This document shows, piece after piece, positions 37,701 to 46,997 of a stretch of DNA of 64,000 nucleotides (positions are counted from its first letter, which is position 1; each line of letters opens with the position of its first letter). The notes below the pieces were generated by a model. The model was given only the letters and a program-made list of their open reading frames with translations, ran no database searches and was not told where the DNA came from. The DNA is from a virus (lineage: Duplodnaviria; Caudoviricetes), in the IMG/VR virus record IMGVR_UViG_2684623061_000003, positions 2,999 to 66,998 of that record; one strand, written 5' to 3'. A program made the position numbers and the translations under genes.

Positions 37701-38042
37701 GGCGAGTTCGTTCATCGGCGCGAGGTCGTGCGGCAGCCCGGTGCGCGGCCCTTCCTGGAACGGTTCAACCGTCTGGGCATGGCCGCGCTCGACGGGTTGC
37801 GCGGATACGCTACCGGCGGATTTGTCAGCCCCGCGCCCCACGCGCCAACACCGGCACGTGGCCCCATGACCGAACGACCAGGGCGTTCGGCGGACAGCGA
37901 AGGCGGGCGATCGCAGATCACCAACGTTCTGTACCTCGATCCGCGAGAGATCGTCAACGTCATGGGCACCCACGCCGGCCGGCAGGTAATCCTGTCCACT
38001 ATCCGAGCCAATGCACCGACGGTTCGTCAGGATCTGACATAA
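34773..38042 (+). CDS. Tail tape measure protein
   Basis: Tape-measure N-domain (QLSQAFAAGRLSGDEFNSI), Ala-rich coils, C-terminal FAGGGFTG...PAGVVHRGEFV. Confidence 0.93.
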   Translation: MPTTRDTTITLLIKANAAQLNQALDQAGVRARLFGNEAQSAGRRAERGFDQTRSSVEAIGHQLSQAKAQLLAFVGLQSVGTAVGGLVRAADGYANLSAKIKLATTSQAAFNLAEEAVFAISQRTSTALDSTATLFGRLTSALKDQGGSQREVLGLTETINKALAVSGATAAETSSVIVQLSQAFAAGRLSGDEFNSINDAGPRLMQALAKSMGVTVGELKALAEAGKLTSEQLRVAFSGEQASRIAAEFSQLPLTIERSLVQLDNAFTRFVGQQDRTMGVSTAVAGAIQGLSQNFDGLANVVGVIAIAALGRLIAMLTTAGAAKVVNLRQTRQLTQEELAQARAAEGAAQAELARARALATAGLGAGRVVAAEAELAAAQARTTAATQAATAAAGAKAVAIRGLSSVLTLMGGPLGLAITGVTLLAGAFASASANAAAAKVEFESTIKAAQRFREQQDLDIGVDLGKRLIDQRQQLQKELSNLQAIRQPLGPFYGGIHDSPGQSGMRWLWGGDVDAEIKRVQAHLATTKQALGQVQGSVADLRQAQATGGRTRVQVTKDATEFTKALNTQNESLKVERIEREKGLRAALEYQAVKAAGVKDTAQLTAAMRQAIDVQVREREAAKAMMDAGRAQTKAIRDAERQRKADERKLEADRKAQEAAAAKAARDDGALDRVVQEADVALMRNRGEGAAARRRELDLEFKQALADLQTKGNTADALKIRLRIDTEVAKVELDDLQAQVERVFGEQSRQEQSIQARQQASLLTEVGARRELMDLHARTAAEVGQLLPTLEAVAAKTGAPESIERVKDLTAQVAALKVQSNELVVTLTNGFESGLSNALEGLATGTLTLRQALTGLVQDMARSMAQLASQQLAAFATAKLVSMLSKAAGGKGAPDLAQPDPVQAGQAGAAYALPITGASVALGVAGKVVKDAAVAMQTAAATLLVANATKSATGFAGGGFTGIGPKYAPAGVVHRGEFVHRREVVRQPGARPFLERFNRLGMAALDGLRGYATGGFVSPAPHAPTPARGPMTERPGRSADSEGGRSQITNVLYLDPREIVNVMGTHAGRQVILSTIRANAPTVRQDLT

Positions 38043-38436
38043 AGTGGCCGGTGCATTTCAAAAAGTACGCTTGCGTTACGGTTCTTAGAATGGCCCAAGG
38101 GCACTAAGGAACTGCAAGACAGCCTGAGCTTCGAGTCTCAGCGCAGGACGCTCCGATTCTCGAGGTCCATTAGTCGAAGCCGCAGCTGGCGCCTACTTCA
38201 ACGAATTTGAGTTCATTTGCCGTTTGCCACGTCGCAGACGCTCTATTCGTAAAGAAACTACTGCACGCAGAAACTAAGGAAGCCAGCATCTACTTTCACC
38301 ACAGCTAATGCACAAAACGTCTGCTTCCATTTGTGGTCGATGCCCCCGCCGGCATGTTCGAATACTTACGGAAGATGGCCGCCTTGCGCTGTCCGCACCG
38401 TTCCAACCGTGGAGGACTGTCAAAAGAGGGTCAATT

Positions 38437-39093
38437 ATGAACGGCTTCATGAAGAATGCGGTCATTCTCGCTTTTCTGGCAATCGGCATCTCAACCTCCA
38501 AGGCTCAGTCCTGTCGATGGGATGGAACAGCCCCCTTCTGCGACGGCGAGTGCGCTGCCGGAGAAGAAGAAATCACGCGACTATCGACTTGGCCAGGACA
38601 TTGGACGGGAGCTGTGTCCAGCCCTGCAGTGAATCACTTCGGCAGTGCTTGTGTTACAGGATCGAAGGCACTGTGCTGCGGAACGGGTCGCGCGGCGTCC
38701 CGGCTAGTGCTAGCTCCAGTGATATTGAGTGGTGCAAACAAGTGCCTTGATGTACATGCGCCCGATCAAAGGAGTAATGGCGCAAGAGTACAGGTGTGGG
38801 ATTGCAACAACTCGCTCCAGCAGACCTGGAAGGTCGAGGCGGGAACAATTAAGAGCGGCGCGGGGAAGTGCCTGGACGTCCATGTATTTGACCAGCATCA
38901 GAACGGCGCAAAAGTCCAAGTATGGGATTGCAACGGTTCGCAACAGCAACGCTGGACAGTTGTCGGTCGTACCATAAGGAGCGGTGCTGGCAAATGCCTG
39001 GATGTGCATGCTCCTGACCAGTACAACAACGGAGCCAAGGTTCAGGTCTGGGATTGCAACGACACAATCCAGCAGACGTGGACTGCACCTTGA
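38437..39093 (+). CDS. Secreted protein: Cys-rich WDGTAPFC domain plus ricin-B (QxW)3 lectin
   Basis: Signal peptide; three ~40-aa repeats SGA.KCLDVH..DQ..NGAKVQVWDCN...QQ.W. Confidence 0.85.
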   Translation: MNGFMKNAVILAFLAIGISTSKAQSCRWDGTAPFCDGECAAGEEEITRLSTWPGHWTGAVSSPAVNHFGSACVTGSKALCCGTGRAASRLVLAPVILSGANKCLDVHAPDQRSNGARVQVWDCNNSLQQTWKVEAGTIKSGAGKCLDVHVFDQHQNGAKVQVWDCNGSQQQRWTVVGRTIRSGAGKCLDVHAPDQYNNGAKVQVWDCNDTIQQTWTAP

Positions 39094-39412
39094 TTTCGAC
39101 ATTCCATTAGCCGGGGGGCGCGTTGCTGGCGCGTCCCCCTTTCTATTTGGAGCAAGCGCTCGGTTCCGCGACGTCCGATGCGGCTGCCGAGCGACTCAGC
39201 CATTTGCATTCCTGGCAATGTGCCGCATGCCCCACATTTCCTCTTCCTCAAGCGACTGATAGTTTGAGCATAAGGTCTGCGCCTCCCCAGGACGCTGCAC
39301 CCCACGCGACCGGAGCACACGTCGGTCGCGTTTTCATTCATAGATAAATCGCTTCCCAATGAACCGCATCAGTCTGACTTGGGCTAAACGGTTGATCGAG
39401 GTTGCCTAGAAC

Positions 39413-39478
39413 GGCCGACAAGTGAACTTGTCCACGATTCGGACCAATGCGGCGACCGTTCGTCAGGACTTAGGCTAA
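39413..39478 (+). pseudogene. Stranded duplicate of the last 66 nt of the tape measure gene
   Basis: GRQVNLSTIRTNAATVRQDLG* vs GRQVILSTIRANAPTVRQDLT* (37977-38042), colinear, 17/21 aa identical. Confidence 0.85.
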
Positions 39479-39518
39479 CCGTCTCAGTTAACGCGACGGT
39501 CGATCCCGATACTGCCTC

Positions 39519-39587
39519 CGGCGGTGGTGACCCCCCCTGTTCTCTCCTGCCATGCGCGCCCGGCCCCCCGCCGGGCGCGCTTCTTTA
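39519..39587 (+). ncRNA. Candidate small RNA with C-rich tract and GC terminator hairpin
   Basis: ggcggtggtgaccccccctgttctctcc...gcgcgcccgg-cccccc-gccgggcgcgc-ttcttt; related element at 40452-40525. Confidence 0.4.
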
Positions 39588-39815
39588 TGTGCCTATGACC
39601 CTGGCATCGGCACCGACTACGGGCGGTTGGAAGCGTCGGAGCACTCTAGTGAGACTTTCCGCAACGGAAGTCCATTGCGACGGTGACATCTTGTATTCAC
39701 GATCTTCTCCTACCGACCGCAGAGGCTTGTGTCGTTACGGCGAGAAATTCATGATGAGATGCGGCTTCCAATCCGCGAAGGCCGCTACTCCCCAGTGAAA
39801 AACAGGACGTATTTC

Positions 39816-40385
39816 ATGAAAAGAATGAATGCTCTGGCCACGACCCTGCTTGTCGCTTTCCTGGCGGCTCCACTCGCCGCTCAGGCTGCCGATCCGGTTA
39901 TGGCTATTGTGAATAAAGCGGCCGACAAATGCATCGATAGGAGTTTGGATATCCCCCAAGACCCTAACGCAGTGCATGCACAGTTATGGTCATGCGGCGG
40001 AAATCGACCATATACCACGCCCCCCAACCAAATCCTTACCTTTGAATGGGTGGGGCGATTTGGCGGAGGTCCTTGGGAAACCTATCGACTTCACTCTGGC
40101 ACCTCGTTGTCCGGGTCGTGTTTGAGCGTTGAGAATAATTCCCTGCTCAATGGGGCGAAGCTCTCCTTTAGTCCATGCGTTGCCGGCGATAGAAGCCAGA
40201 TGTGGATGCGTGCAGCTGAGAACAAAGACCTAGTAACCTCCGCCAAATGGGTCAACCTCAACAGCGGAAAGTGCATCGATGCGAACGCCCCTTACAATGG
40301 GGTGAGACTTCAGCAGTATGACTGCGCGCGCGATAGCTGGGGACCGCAGGACTTCCAGGCGTACTACACGACATCTCCTTTCTAG
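39816..40385 (+). CDS. Secreted ricin-B (beta-trefoil) lectin-like protein
   Basis: Signal peptide ending AQA; KCID, QLWSC, CLSV, SQMW, NLNSGKCID, LQQYDC. Confidence 0.8.
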   Translation: MKRMNALATTLLVAFLAAPLAAQAADPVMAIVNKAADKCIDRSLDIPQDPNAVHAQLWSCGGNRPYTTPPNQILTFEWVGRFGGGPWETYRLHSGTSLSGSCLSVENNSLLNGAKLSFSPCVAGDRSQMWMRAAENKDLVTSAKWVNLNSGKCIDANAPYNGVRLQQYDCARDSWGPQDFQAYYTTSPF

Positions 40386-40498
40386 TCCGCGAACCATCGC
40401 AAAAAGTAGGCTTGATGAGTGGTGTATGGCCCTGATGAACGACAAGGCCTGTGACGTGGTGAGCCCGAGATGGGTTAACCGCTTCTTCGTCATCCATG

Positions 40499-40525
40499 TG
40501 CCCGGCGCTGACCGGGCATTTTTTT
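40499..40525 (+). terminator. Intrinsic terminator
   Basis: tgcccgg-cgctga-ccgggca followed by T7. Confidence 0.75.
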
Positions 40526-40577
40526 GCGCCCTCTTTTTTTCAACCTGCCCGGCAGCATGGGGCCTTTGTTTATACGT

Positions 40578-42155
40578 ATGACTTTGCGAACCGGCGTCGC
40601 CAGCGACCATTACGATTTCCTCCATCAACTCGAGACCGCTCTGTGCAGCGAAGGCCACGCTTGGGGGCTGCTCCATGCCGGCGCCGGCAACGGCACGCTA
40701 ACCGGAGCCGATGGCGCGGCCGGCGGCTACCGCGGCGGGTTTGGCTCAGTCGCTGAGGCATTCACCCTGACCGCGCTGGATGCCGAGCGCTTTCAGGTGG
40801 TCGGCGCGCTAGCCGGCGACCTGGGCGTCGCCATCATCGGCCGGCCCTTCGAGCACGAGCGGTTGCGTTTCCGCATCAATGCGGGCTCGGCCCCCTTCGT
40901 AGCCGGCGATCGCTTCACCCTGAACACCTCGCCGGCCTGGACGCTGGTGCGCCGCTACGGCTGCCGCAACACCAGCTTCCGAACGACAAACTTGACCAAC
41001 CCGGCGTCGGTGTTCGACAACCGTGTGGACAGCTGGGGCAGCCGGCCGGTGGCCGATCTGCCGGCGCAGGCCACGATCGAGATGATCGGACCGACCTCCG
41101 TTAAAGCGGTGACACTCGGCATCGGCGACAGCGGCGCGCGTGGCCCAGCCGCCTTCGAACTGCAGCGCTCCGACGACGGCGCGGCTTGGGGGCGGGTGCA
41201 GGCATGGGTCAGCCAGACGTGGCCCACGGCGAAGATGCGCCGCAGCTACCCGGTGTCCGGTACTGTACCTGCGGCTCGCTACTGGCGCGTCGTCATCACC
41301 GCCACGGCCGGCGCCGATCCGCTGGAGATCAATGACGTCAGCTTCCACGCCGATCTCAACGCCGACTTCGAGCTTGAGGACCGCGCGCAGTGGATCGTGC
41401 AGGCGCCGGGGCTGGACGGGCAAAAGGCCATCTTCATAGGCGCCGAACTGTATGAAGACTCGGCGCGAGCCGCGTACAACCTCAACTGGTACGGCTTTAG
41501 ATCGCACAACCCGCTGCGCAGCCTTCGCACCCAGGTCAACGTTAGCGGGCTTCGTTGCCTGCCGTTGCGCTACGGCCCGTTCGCCTACTGGCTGGCGATC
41601 AATGGCCAGCGGGTCCTCATCGTCGCCCGGGTCGGCACGGTCTACGTCAGTGCCTATTTGGGCTACATCAACGCCTATGAGCCCCCGTCGCTTCATGAGT
41701 ACCCCCTCGCGATCGGTGCGTGCGGGTCCACTGAGACGCTGACGCCGGATGCGACGGATGCCAACTTCCGCAGCTTCTTTGATCCCGGTCGGTATGGCTT
41801 GGTGGTGAAGTATCCGGACAACGTTTGGCGTATACACGCCAACCGCTACGCCTCCGGAGCGAATGAATACGGCGACAGCGAAACGCCGGGCAAGGTCTAC
41901 CCGAGCGCGATGTCCACCTCGGGCGATCGCGCGTACTTGCGCGAGAACCTCGACGGTTCCTCGCCGGTGCTTCCCCTGATCCTCGGCAGCTCCAATCCGC
42001 GGCATTCGCTGGGCGAGTTCGACGGCTGCGGCTGGACCACGGGCTTCAGTACCGCGTCTGAGTCCCGCATCGACCAGGACGGTTCGGCCTGGATGGCGTT
42101 CCAGAACGCGTTTCGCATCTCACCCGACAACTACTTTGCCTTGAAGCTGGACTGA
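40578..42155 (+). CDS. Virion structural (tail tip) protein, D3112-like; internal discoidin-like domain
   Basis: Position after TMP; FVAGDRFT, FELQRSDDG..W, ARYWRV, LGEFDG. Confidence 0.7.
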   Translation: MTLRTGVASDHYDFLHQLETALCSEGHAWGLLHAGAGNGTLTGADGAAGGYRGGFGSVAEAFTLTALDAERFQVVGALAGDLGVAIIGRPFEHERLRFRINAGSAPFVAGDRFTLNTSPAWTLVRRYGCRNTSFRTTNLTNPASVFDNRVDSWGSRPVADLPAQATIEMIGPTSVKAVTLGIGDSGARGPAAFELQRSDDGAAWGRVQAWVSQTWPTAKMRRSYPVSGTVPAARYWRVVITATAGADPLEINDVSFHADLNADFELEDRAQWIVQAPGLDGQKAIFIGAELYEDSARAAYNLNWYGFRSHNPLRSLRTQVNVSGLRCLPLRYGPFAYWLAINGQRVLIVARVGTVYVSAYLGYINAYEPPSLHEYPLAIGACGSTETLTPDATDANFRSFFDPGRYGLVVKYPDNVWRIHANRYASGANEYGDSETPGKVYPSAMSTSGDRAYLRENLDGSSPVLPLILGSSNPRHSLGEFDGCGWTTGFSTASESRIDQDGSAWMAFQNAFRISPDNYFALKLD

Positions 42156-43090
42156 TGGCGTACGCAACCTCCGCAGCAAACGATCCTAACGAACTGCTCG
42201 ACAAGCTGCGTTTGTTCGCCCAAGGCAGTGGCTGGGTCATCGATGGGCTGCGCGACCGCTCGGCCAAAGTCGGGAAGGCGCTGAGCCTGCATGCAGGTCC
42301 GCTGTACGCAACGTTCCTGACCGAGCTGACCGGCGGGGACGGCAATCGGCCGCCGCCGTTCGTAGGGGCCTTCGGCCACACCGGTTACGTCGCCAACGCC
42401 AATGCCGACGTACAAAACGAAGCCAGCGCGATTGCCTGGACCAACTACACCCAGGGGCCGTACAGCGCCGTCCACTTCTTCAGCCAGGTCACGCCTCAGC
42501 CGTACCTGCACATCGTGCTGGAAACCCAAGCGGGGACGTTCAAGCACTTTGGGACCGGTCGTCTCGTCACGGCTGGCAGCGTTCACACCGGGCAGTATGT
42601 CCACGGCAGTCAGTGGTATTACGACGCCAACTACATCAACAGCCCGGACGATCAACGCCATGCCGTGGCGTTTGACGATGCTTGGTACAACTTCGTCTCG
42701 CCCGTAACGCGGGTGCGTGCCGATTATGACGGCATCGCACCGCGCTGGCATTCCGTTTCCGATTCGGACGCGGATACACGCCGACTGCTGTGCGGATGGC
42801 GCGGTCGAGCTGCGCCGATCAACCTACTCAAGGATCTGGGGCACAGCACGCTGACCGGACGCGCGCCGGGGCAGCCGCTGTGGTGCGCGGTGCCGCGTGG
42901 TGCCGGTCTGTTCTCAGACATCGGCCATCCGCCGGATCTGCGTTTCATCCGCTTGGACAGTTACGCCCCGGGCGAGGAGCTGACACTGGGCAGCGACCGC
43001 TGGAAGCTGTTTCCGGTCCATCGCAAGAACGGACCGGCCGGCACCCCCAACAGCGGTGTCTACGGATACGCCTACCGCATCACCGACTGA
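42155..43090 (+). CDS. Virion structural (tail) protein
   Basis: MAY.TS.AN...ELL.KL..FA...GW; C-terminal PGEELTLGSDRWKLFP...NSG.YGYAY. Confidence 0.7.
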   Translation: MAYATSAANDPNELLDKLRLFAQGSGWVIDGLRDRSAKVGKALSLHAGPLYATFLTELTGGDGNRPPPFVGAFGHTGYVANANADVQNEASAIAWTNYTQGPYSAVHFFSQVTPQPYLHIVLETQAGTFKHFGTGRLVTAGSVHTGQYVHGSQWYYDANYINSPDDQRHAVAFDDAWYNFVSPVTRVRADYDGIAPRWHSVSDSDADTRRLLCGWRGRAAPINLLKDLGHSTLTGRAPGQPLWCAVPRGAGLFSDIGHPPDLRFIRLDSYAPGEELTLGSDRWKLFPVHRKNGPAGTPNSGVYGYAYRITD

Positions 43091-43100
43091 GCCGAGCCCT

Positions 43101-44810
43101 ATGCCGTGGACCGCCGTGTGGCCGCTGACCTTCAGCGGTCAGGGCGACTACTTCACCTCGCCGCCAGTCTGGGACGGTCGCGCCGGTGGCGCGCTCGGAT
43201 CGGAGCCGCGCTTCGGTGCACGCTCTGTGGCTGTGCCTCAGCACCTCGCGGACCAACGTCGTGGCGCGCTGCAGGCGATGTTCGGCGAAGACTTCTTCGA
43301 CCGCATCCACGTCGTGCCACGAGTGCTGAACCTGGGCAACGTCAGCAGCGTCCAGCAGCGCGCCGTTCGCGTCTGGAACGCCTACCGCGCCCGAGCCCTG
43401 ACGCTGACGGATGCCGCGCTGGTGGCCGGTGAAGGCATCGTACTCACGGCCCCCGGCGCAACGCCGCTACCGTTCGCTCCGCTGTCGGAGCGGACCTGGC
43501 AAATCGCAGTCGGCACTGATGGCCCTCCGGTCATTGCCGCAACGCTGTCCTTTCAGTTCGCCGGGTTCGGCGCGATCCCCGTCGTCATCACCGGCCAACG
43601 GATCGTCGCCTGGGCGTTTGCGCCGGATTGGTCGCGCGGCGTGCTGGAACGGCTGGCGTGGAAGACCGACATCCTGACCAGTCCGACCCAGGTCGAGCAG
43701 CGCCGCGGCCTACGTTCCGCGCCACGCCGTTCGTTCGAGGCCAGGATGATCGTGGACGGCCGCGAACGGGTACTGCTGGACCTCGCCGTATTCGGCTGGG
43801 GCGGACGGACCTGGGCGCTGCCGATCTGGCCGGACGTGCAGTGGCTTGCAAACGAGCATGCACTCGGCGTGCGGGTCATTACCTGCGATCCAGCCCATCG
43901 GGACTTCCGTGTTGGCGGTCTGGTGCAGTTGCGCGGCACGACCGCTTTCGAGGTCGAAGTGGCCGAAGTCGAGGCCATCGGCGCCATCTCGATCACGCTG
44001 CGGCATCCGACGACGAAGGCGTGGCCGCGCGGCACTCGGCTGTATCCGGTGCGGACGGCGCGACTGGCCGAACCGCCGAAGGTGACGCGGCTGTCCGATC
44101 AAGCCGCGGCAATCAGCGCCCGCTTCGACATCGTCGAGTCCTGTGACTGGCCGACCCTGGCGGACGCGCCGATGTATCGCGGACACCCCGTGTTGGCGCA
44201 GCGGCCGGATGAAACCGAGGCCCTGTCGAATGGCTGGCAGCGGGTGCTGTTGACGCTGGACAACGATTTCGGCCGACCGTTCGTGATGGACCCGGCCGAC
44301 TGGGCGGCGGTATCGCAGGCTCACCATTGGCGTATGCACGGTCGTGCCGAGCGGTCGGCGGTCCGCTCCTGGCTGTACACCCTGCGTGGGCGCCAGTGTG
44401 CGGTCTGGCGGCCGACCCACGCCGACGACCTGATCCTGGTCGCCAACGTCGCCGGCACGGCCACGGCGCTGGATGTGGCGAACGTGGGGCTGGCGCGGTT
44501 CGCTGGCCTGCGGCCCGGACGACGCGACCTACGGATCGAGTTGCGGGACGGCCAGGCCTTCCACCGTCGGATCACCGCCGCGGTGGCGTTGGACGACGAG
44601 ATCGAGCGGCTGACGATCGATTCCGCACTTGGCGTGGACACTCGTCCACAAGCGGTCCAACGCATCAGCTTCCTGGTACTCAGTCGCGGCGACAGCGATG
44701 AGGCCGAAATCGAGCACCACACCGACAGCGACGGCGCCGCCGACGCCTCCCTTGTTCTTCGCGCTGTGCGCGACCCCGATAGCGACGACAGCGGCCCCGC
44801 CCCGGCATGA
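43101..44810 (+). CDS. Virion structural (distal tail-like) protein
   Basis: DFFDRIHV.P..L.LGN, PDW..GV.ERLAWKTD, EQRR.LR..PRR.FE. Confidence 0.75.
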   Translation: MPWTAVWPLTFSGQGDYFTSPPVWDGRAGGALGSEPRFGARSVAVPQHLADQRRGALQAMFGEDFFDRIHVVPRVLNLGNVSSVQQRAVRVWNAYRARALTLTDAALVAGEGIVLTAPGATPLPFAPLSERTWQIAVGTDGPPVIAATLSFQFAGFGAIPVVITGQRIVAWAFAPDWSRGVLERLAWKTDILTSPTQVEQRRGLRSAPRRSFEARMIVDGRERVLLDLAVFGWGGRTWALPIWPDVQWLANEHALGVRVITCDPAHRDFRVGGLVQLRGTTAFEVEVAEVEAIGAISITLRHPTTKAWPRGTRLYPVRTARLAEPPKVTRLSDQAAAISARFDIVESCDWPTLADAPMYRGHPVLAQRPDETEALSNGWQRVLLTLDNDFGRPFVMDPADWAAVSQAHHWRMHGRAERSAVRSWLYTLRGRQCAVWRPTHADDLILVANVAGTATALDVANVGLARFAGLRPGRRDLRIELRDGQAFHRRITAAVALDDEIERLTIDSALGVDTRPQAVQRISFLVLSRGDSDEAEIEHHTDSDGAADASLVLRAVRDPDSDDSGPAPA

Positions 44811-45622
44811 GCTTTGAACAGTTGGAACGATCGACTGCCGCGGGCAACCCGCGGCGGCTTTACGAGTTCGTGCGCGGCGCTCAGCGCTGGCGCTACACCG
44901 GTGGCGATCGCGACTTTGCGCTGGATACCCAGACCTATCAGGCCATCGCCGTTCGGGATGATGGAATTCGCCAGTCGGGGCATACCGCCAGCGACATGCT
45001 GACGATCACCGCGCCGGGTGATTTCGAGGTCGCGCGTCTGTACCGCGGGCTGCCGCCTTCGAGCGAGGTGGCCGTTGTCGTCCGCGATGTCCACGAAGGC
45101 GATGGCGATGCGCGCGTGGTCTGGATGGGCCGCGTCGCGGGCGTGAACCGGCCATCGCTGGAAAGCACCGAGGTCCGCTGCCAATCGCTTGACGCCGCGC
45201 TCGGGCAACCTGGCCTGCGTCTGGCCTGGACGCGCGGTTGCCCGTACACGCTTTACGACCGCAATTGCCGGGTTAACCCTGAGGCCCATCGCGTTCCGGC
45301 CTCGCTGACCACGCTCGCCGGCAACGTCGTTACGGCCGGCATCTTTAGTCAGTACCCGGACGGCTGGTTCGCGGGCGGCTTCCTGGCGTGGGATCTGGGC
45401 GAGGCCGGTTTGGAGCGGCGGGGTATCCGCACGCATGTCGGTGAGCGTCTGGTCCTCCTCGGAGCGGGTGACGGTCTGCGCATCGGCCAGGCCGTCGTCG
45501 CCTATCCCGGCTGCGGCCGATCGATGTCGATTTGCCACGGCAAGTTCAACAACGCCCCCAACTACGGCGGCGTACCCGGTTTACCCGGGAAATCACCGTT
45601 CGACGGTACGCCCCTCTTCTGA
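44807..45622 (+). CDS. DUF2163/BR0599-like baseplate hub protein
   Basis: CPYTLYD..C.V, YPGC.RS...C..KFNN..NYGG.P. Confidence 0.85.
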   Translation: MSFEQLERSTAAGNPRRLYEFVRGAQRWRYTGGDRDFALDTQTYQAIAVRDDGIRQSGHTASDMLTITAPGDFEVARLYRGLPPSSEVAVVVRDVHEGDGDARVVWMGRVAGVNRPSLESTEVRCQSLDAALGQPGLRLAWTRGCPYTLYDRNCRVNPEAHRVPASLTTLAGNVVTAGIFSQYPDGWFAGGFLAWDLGEAGLERRGIRTHVGERLVLLGAGDGLRIGQAVVAYPGCGRSMSICHGKFNNAPNYGGVPGLPGKSPFDGTPLF

Positions 45623-45702
45623 TATGGCCTGTTTTGTCAATCGGCACGAACATCCCCCTCGCGTGCACTTGCCGCGCCATTTTCGTATTGATTAGCCTAG
45701 GT

Positions 45703-45871
45703 GGGAACGCGGCGTCGGTCGACGACGATGGATCACTCTGATATCCGCGGGCTGGGTACCGCATTGCAACGGTTCATCGCGGGGCTGCCTCAGTCTAATA
45801 GTCGGAGATCCCAAGTGGGCTCACGCAAAAAAGTCGAGGATTCCCCGATCGCGCTTGCGCGCCGCGTTCCC
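45703..45871 (-). ncRNA. Putative IS110 bridge/seek RNA in the 3-prime non-coding end
   Basis: 12-bp closing inverted repeat gggaacgcggcg/cgccgcgttccc; internal ATATCAGA equals the element-end/core sequence. Confidence 0.6.
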
Positions 45872-45887
45872 GTGACCTAAGCAAAAG

Positions 45888-46997
45888 CTATTTAGATGGC
45901 GCTGGAACTTGACGAGCAACGTCCCAGATGAAGCCAGAGAGCTCTCGCGCTACAGCTACACAGATCTTGTTTGCGTTAACACCCCTCAAGCGCATGCGCC
46001 GATATCGACCGCAAAGCCTCAGCTGTGCACGCCATGCGGTTTCGCGAATGTTGGAAGGCTGGCCGACCTGGCGCTCGGTTATGCCACGACTCATCCTGGC
46101 CGGGTAGCGATAGTTCCAAGCCGCTTCGATCAGGATGCGACGAACATGCGCGTTGCCGCATTTCGTTATCCGGCCTTGGAATCGAGTCTCACCGGTAGAG
46201 TATTCGCTTGGGACCAACCCAAGGAACGACATGAGTCGCTTGGGGCGGTCAAAGCGCGACATGTCGCCTATTTCAGATACCAATGTCGCGGCGGCGATGA
46301 AATCAATTCCTCGCATCGTCATCAAAGCGCTCACTACGGGCTGCCACCTCCACGTTGATATTTGATCACGAAGTGCGTCAGTAAGACGGTCAACTTGCTT
46401 GAATGATTCGACAACCGCGTTGCGGTATTCAGCGAAGGCGATGTCCTGGGCCGGATGGCCGAACGACACGCGGGCCAGAAATCGATCGTAGGTTGCGGTC
46501 CAGCCACCCTTCCCCGGATACCGATAGCCATGTCGCAACAGCATGGCTTTCAGCCGATGGCGAGCTTTTAGGCGCGCACTGACTGCGTCTTCTCGGGCAC
46601 GGCACAAATCCCGTATGGCTTCATCGCGCTCGTCGGGAATGACAATTGGAGTCAGTTCGCCAGCTCGCAAGAAGCTCGCGAGCATCAGCGCATCGCGACG
46701 ATCCGTCTTGATCCGATCGCCAGTTCGACGGGGGATCTTGGTGACAGCTGCGATCTGGCAGTCATAGCCGCGCTTGCTGAGCTGCCGTGCTAAGCCGAAT
46801 CCGCAAGGGCCTGCTTCATACGTTGCCAGGATTCGATCGCTGGCACCTAGCGGACTTAGCACCTTTAGCACATCTTCAATCAGCGGCCCGGTTGTTCCGA
46901 TAAATCTTGGTGCTTCGCGACCATGTTCCGCTATCGCAATTGCGATGGACTCCTTGTGAACGTCCCTCCCGATGAACTTCGTGTATTCGCTTCGCAT
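45888..46997 (-). CDS. IS110 family transposase/recombinase
   Basis: IG.DVHK, YEAGPCG, KTDRRDA (DEDD domain); GLVPSEYSTG..GRITKCGN.HVRRILIEAAW; AVAREL. Confidence 0.95.
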   Translation of the reverse strand: MRSEYTKFIGRDVHKESIAIAIAEHGREAPRFIGTTGPLIEDVLKVLSPLGASDRILATYEAGPCGFGLARQLSKRGYDCQIAAVTKIPRRTGDRIKTDRRDALMLASFLRAGELTPIVIPDERDEAIRDLCRAREDAVSARLKARHRLKAMLLRHGYRYPGKGGWTATYDRFLARVSFGHPAQDIAFAEYRNAVVESFKQVDRLTDALRDQISTWRWQPVVSALMTMRGIDFIAAATLVSEIGDMSRFDRPKRLMSFLGLVPSEYSTGETRFQGRITKCGNAHVRRILIEAAWNYRYPARMSRGITERQVGQPSNIRETAWRAQLRLCGRYRRMRLRGVNANKICVAVARELSGFIWDVARQVPAPSK

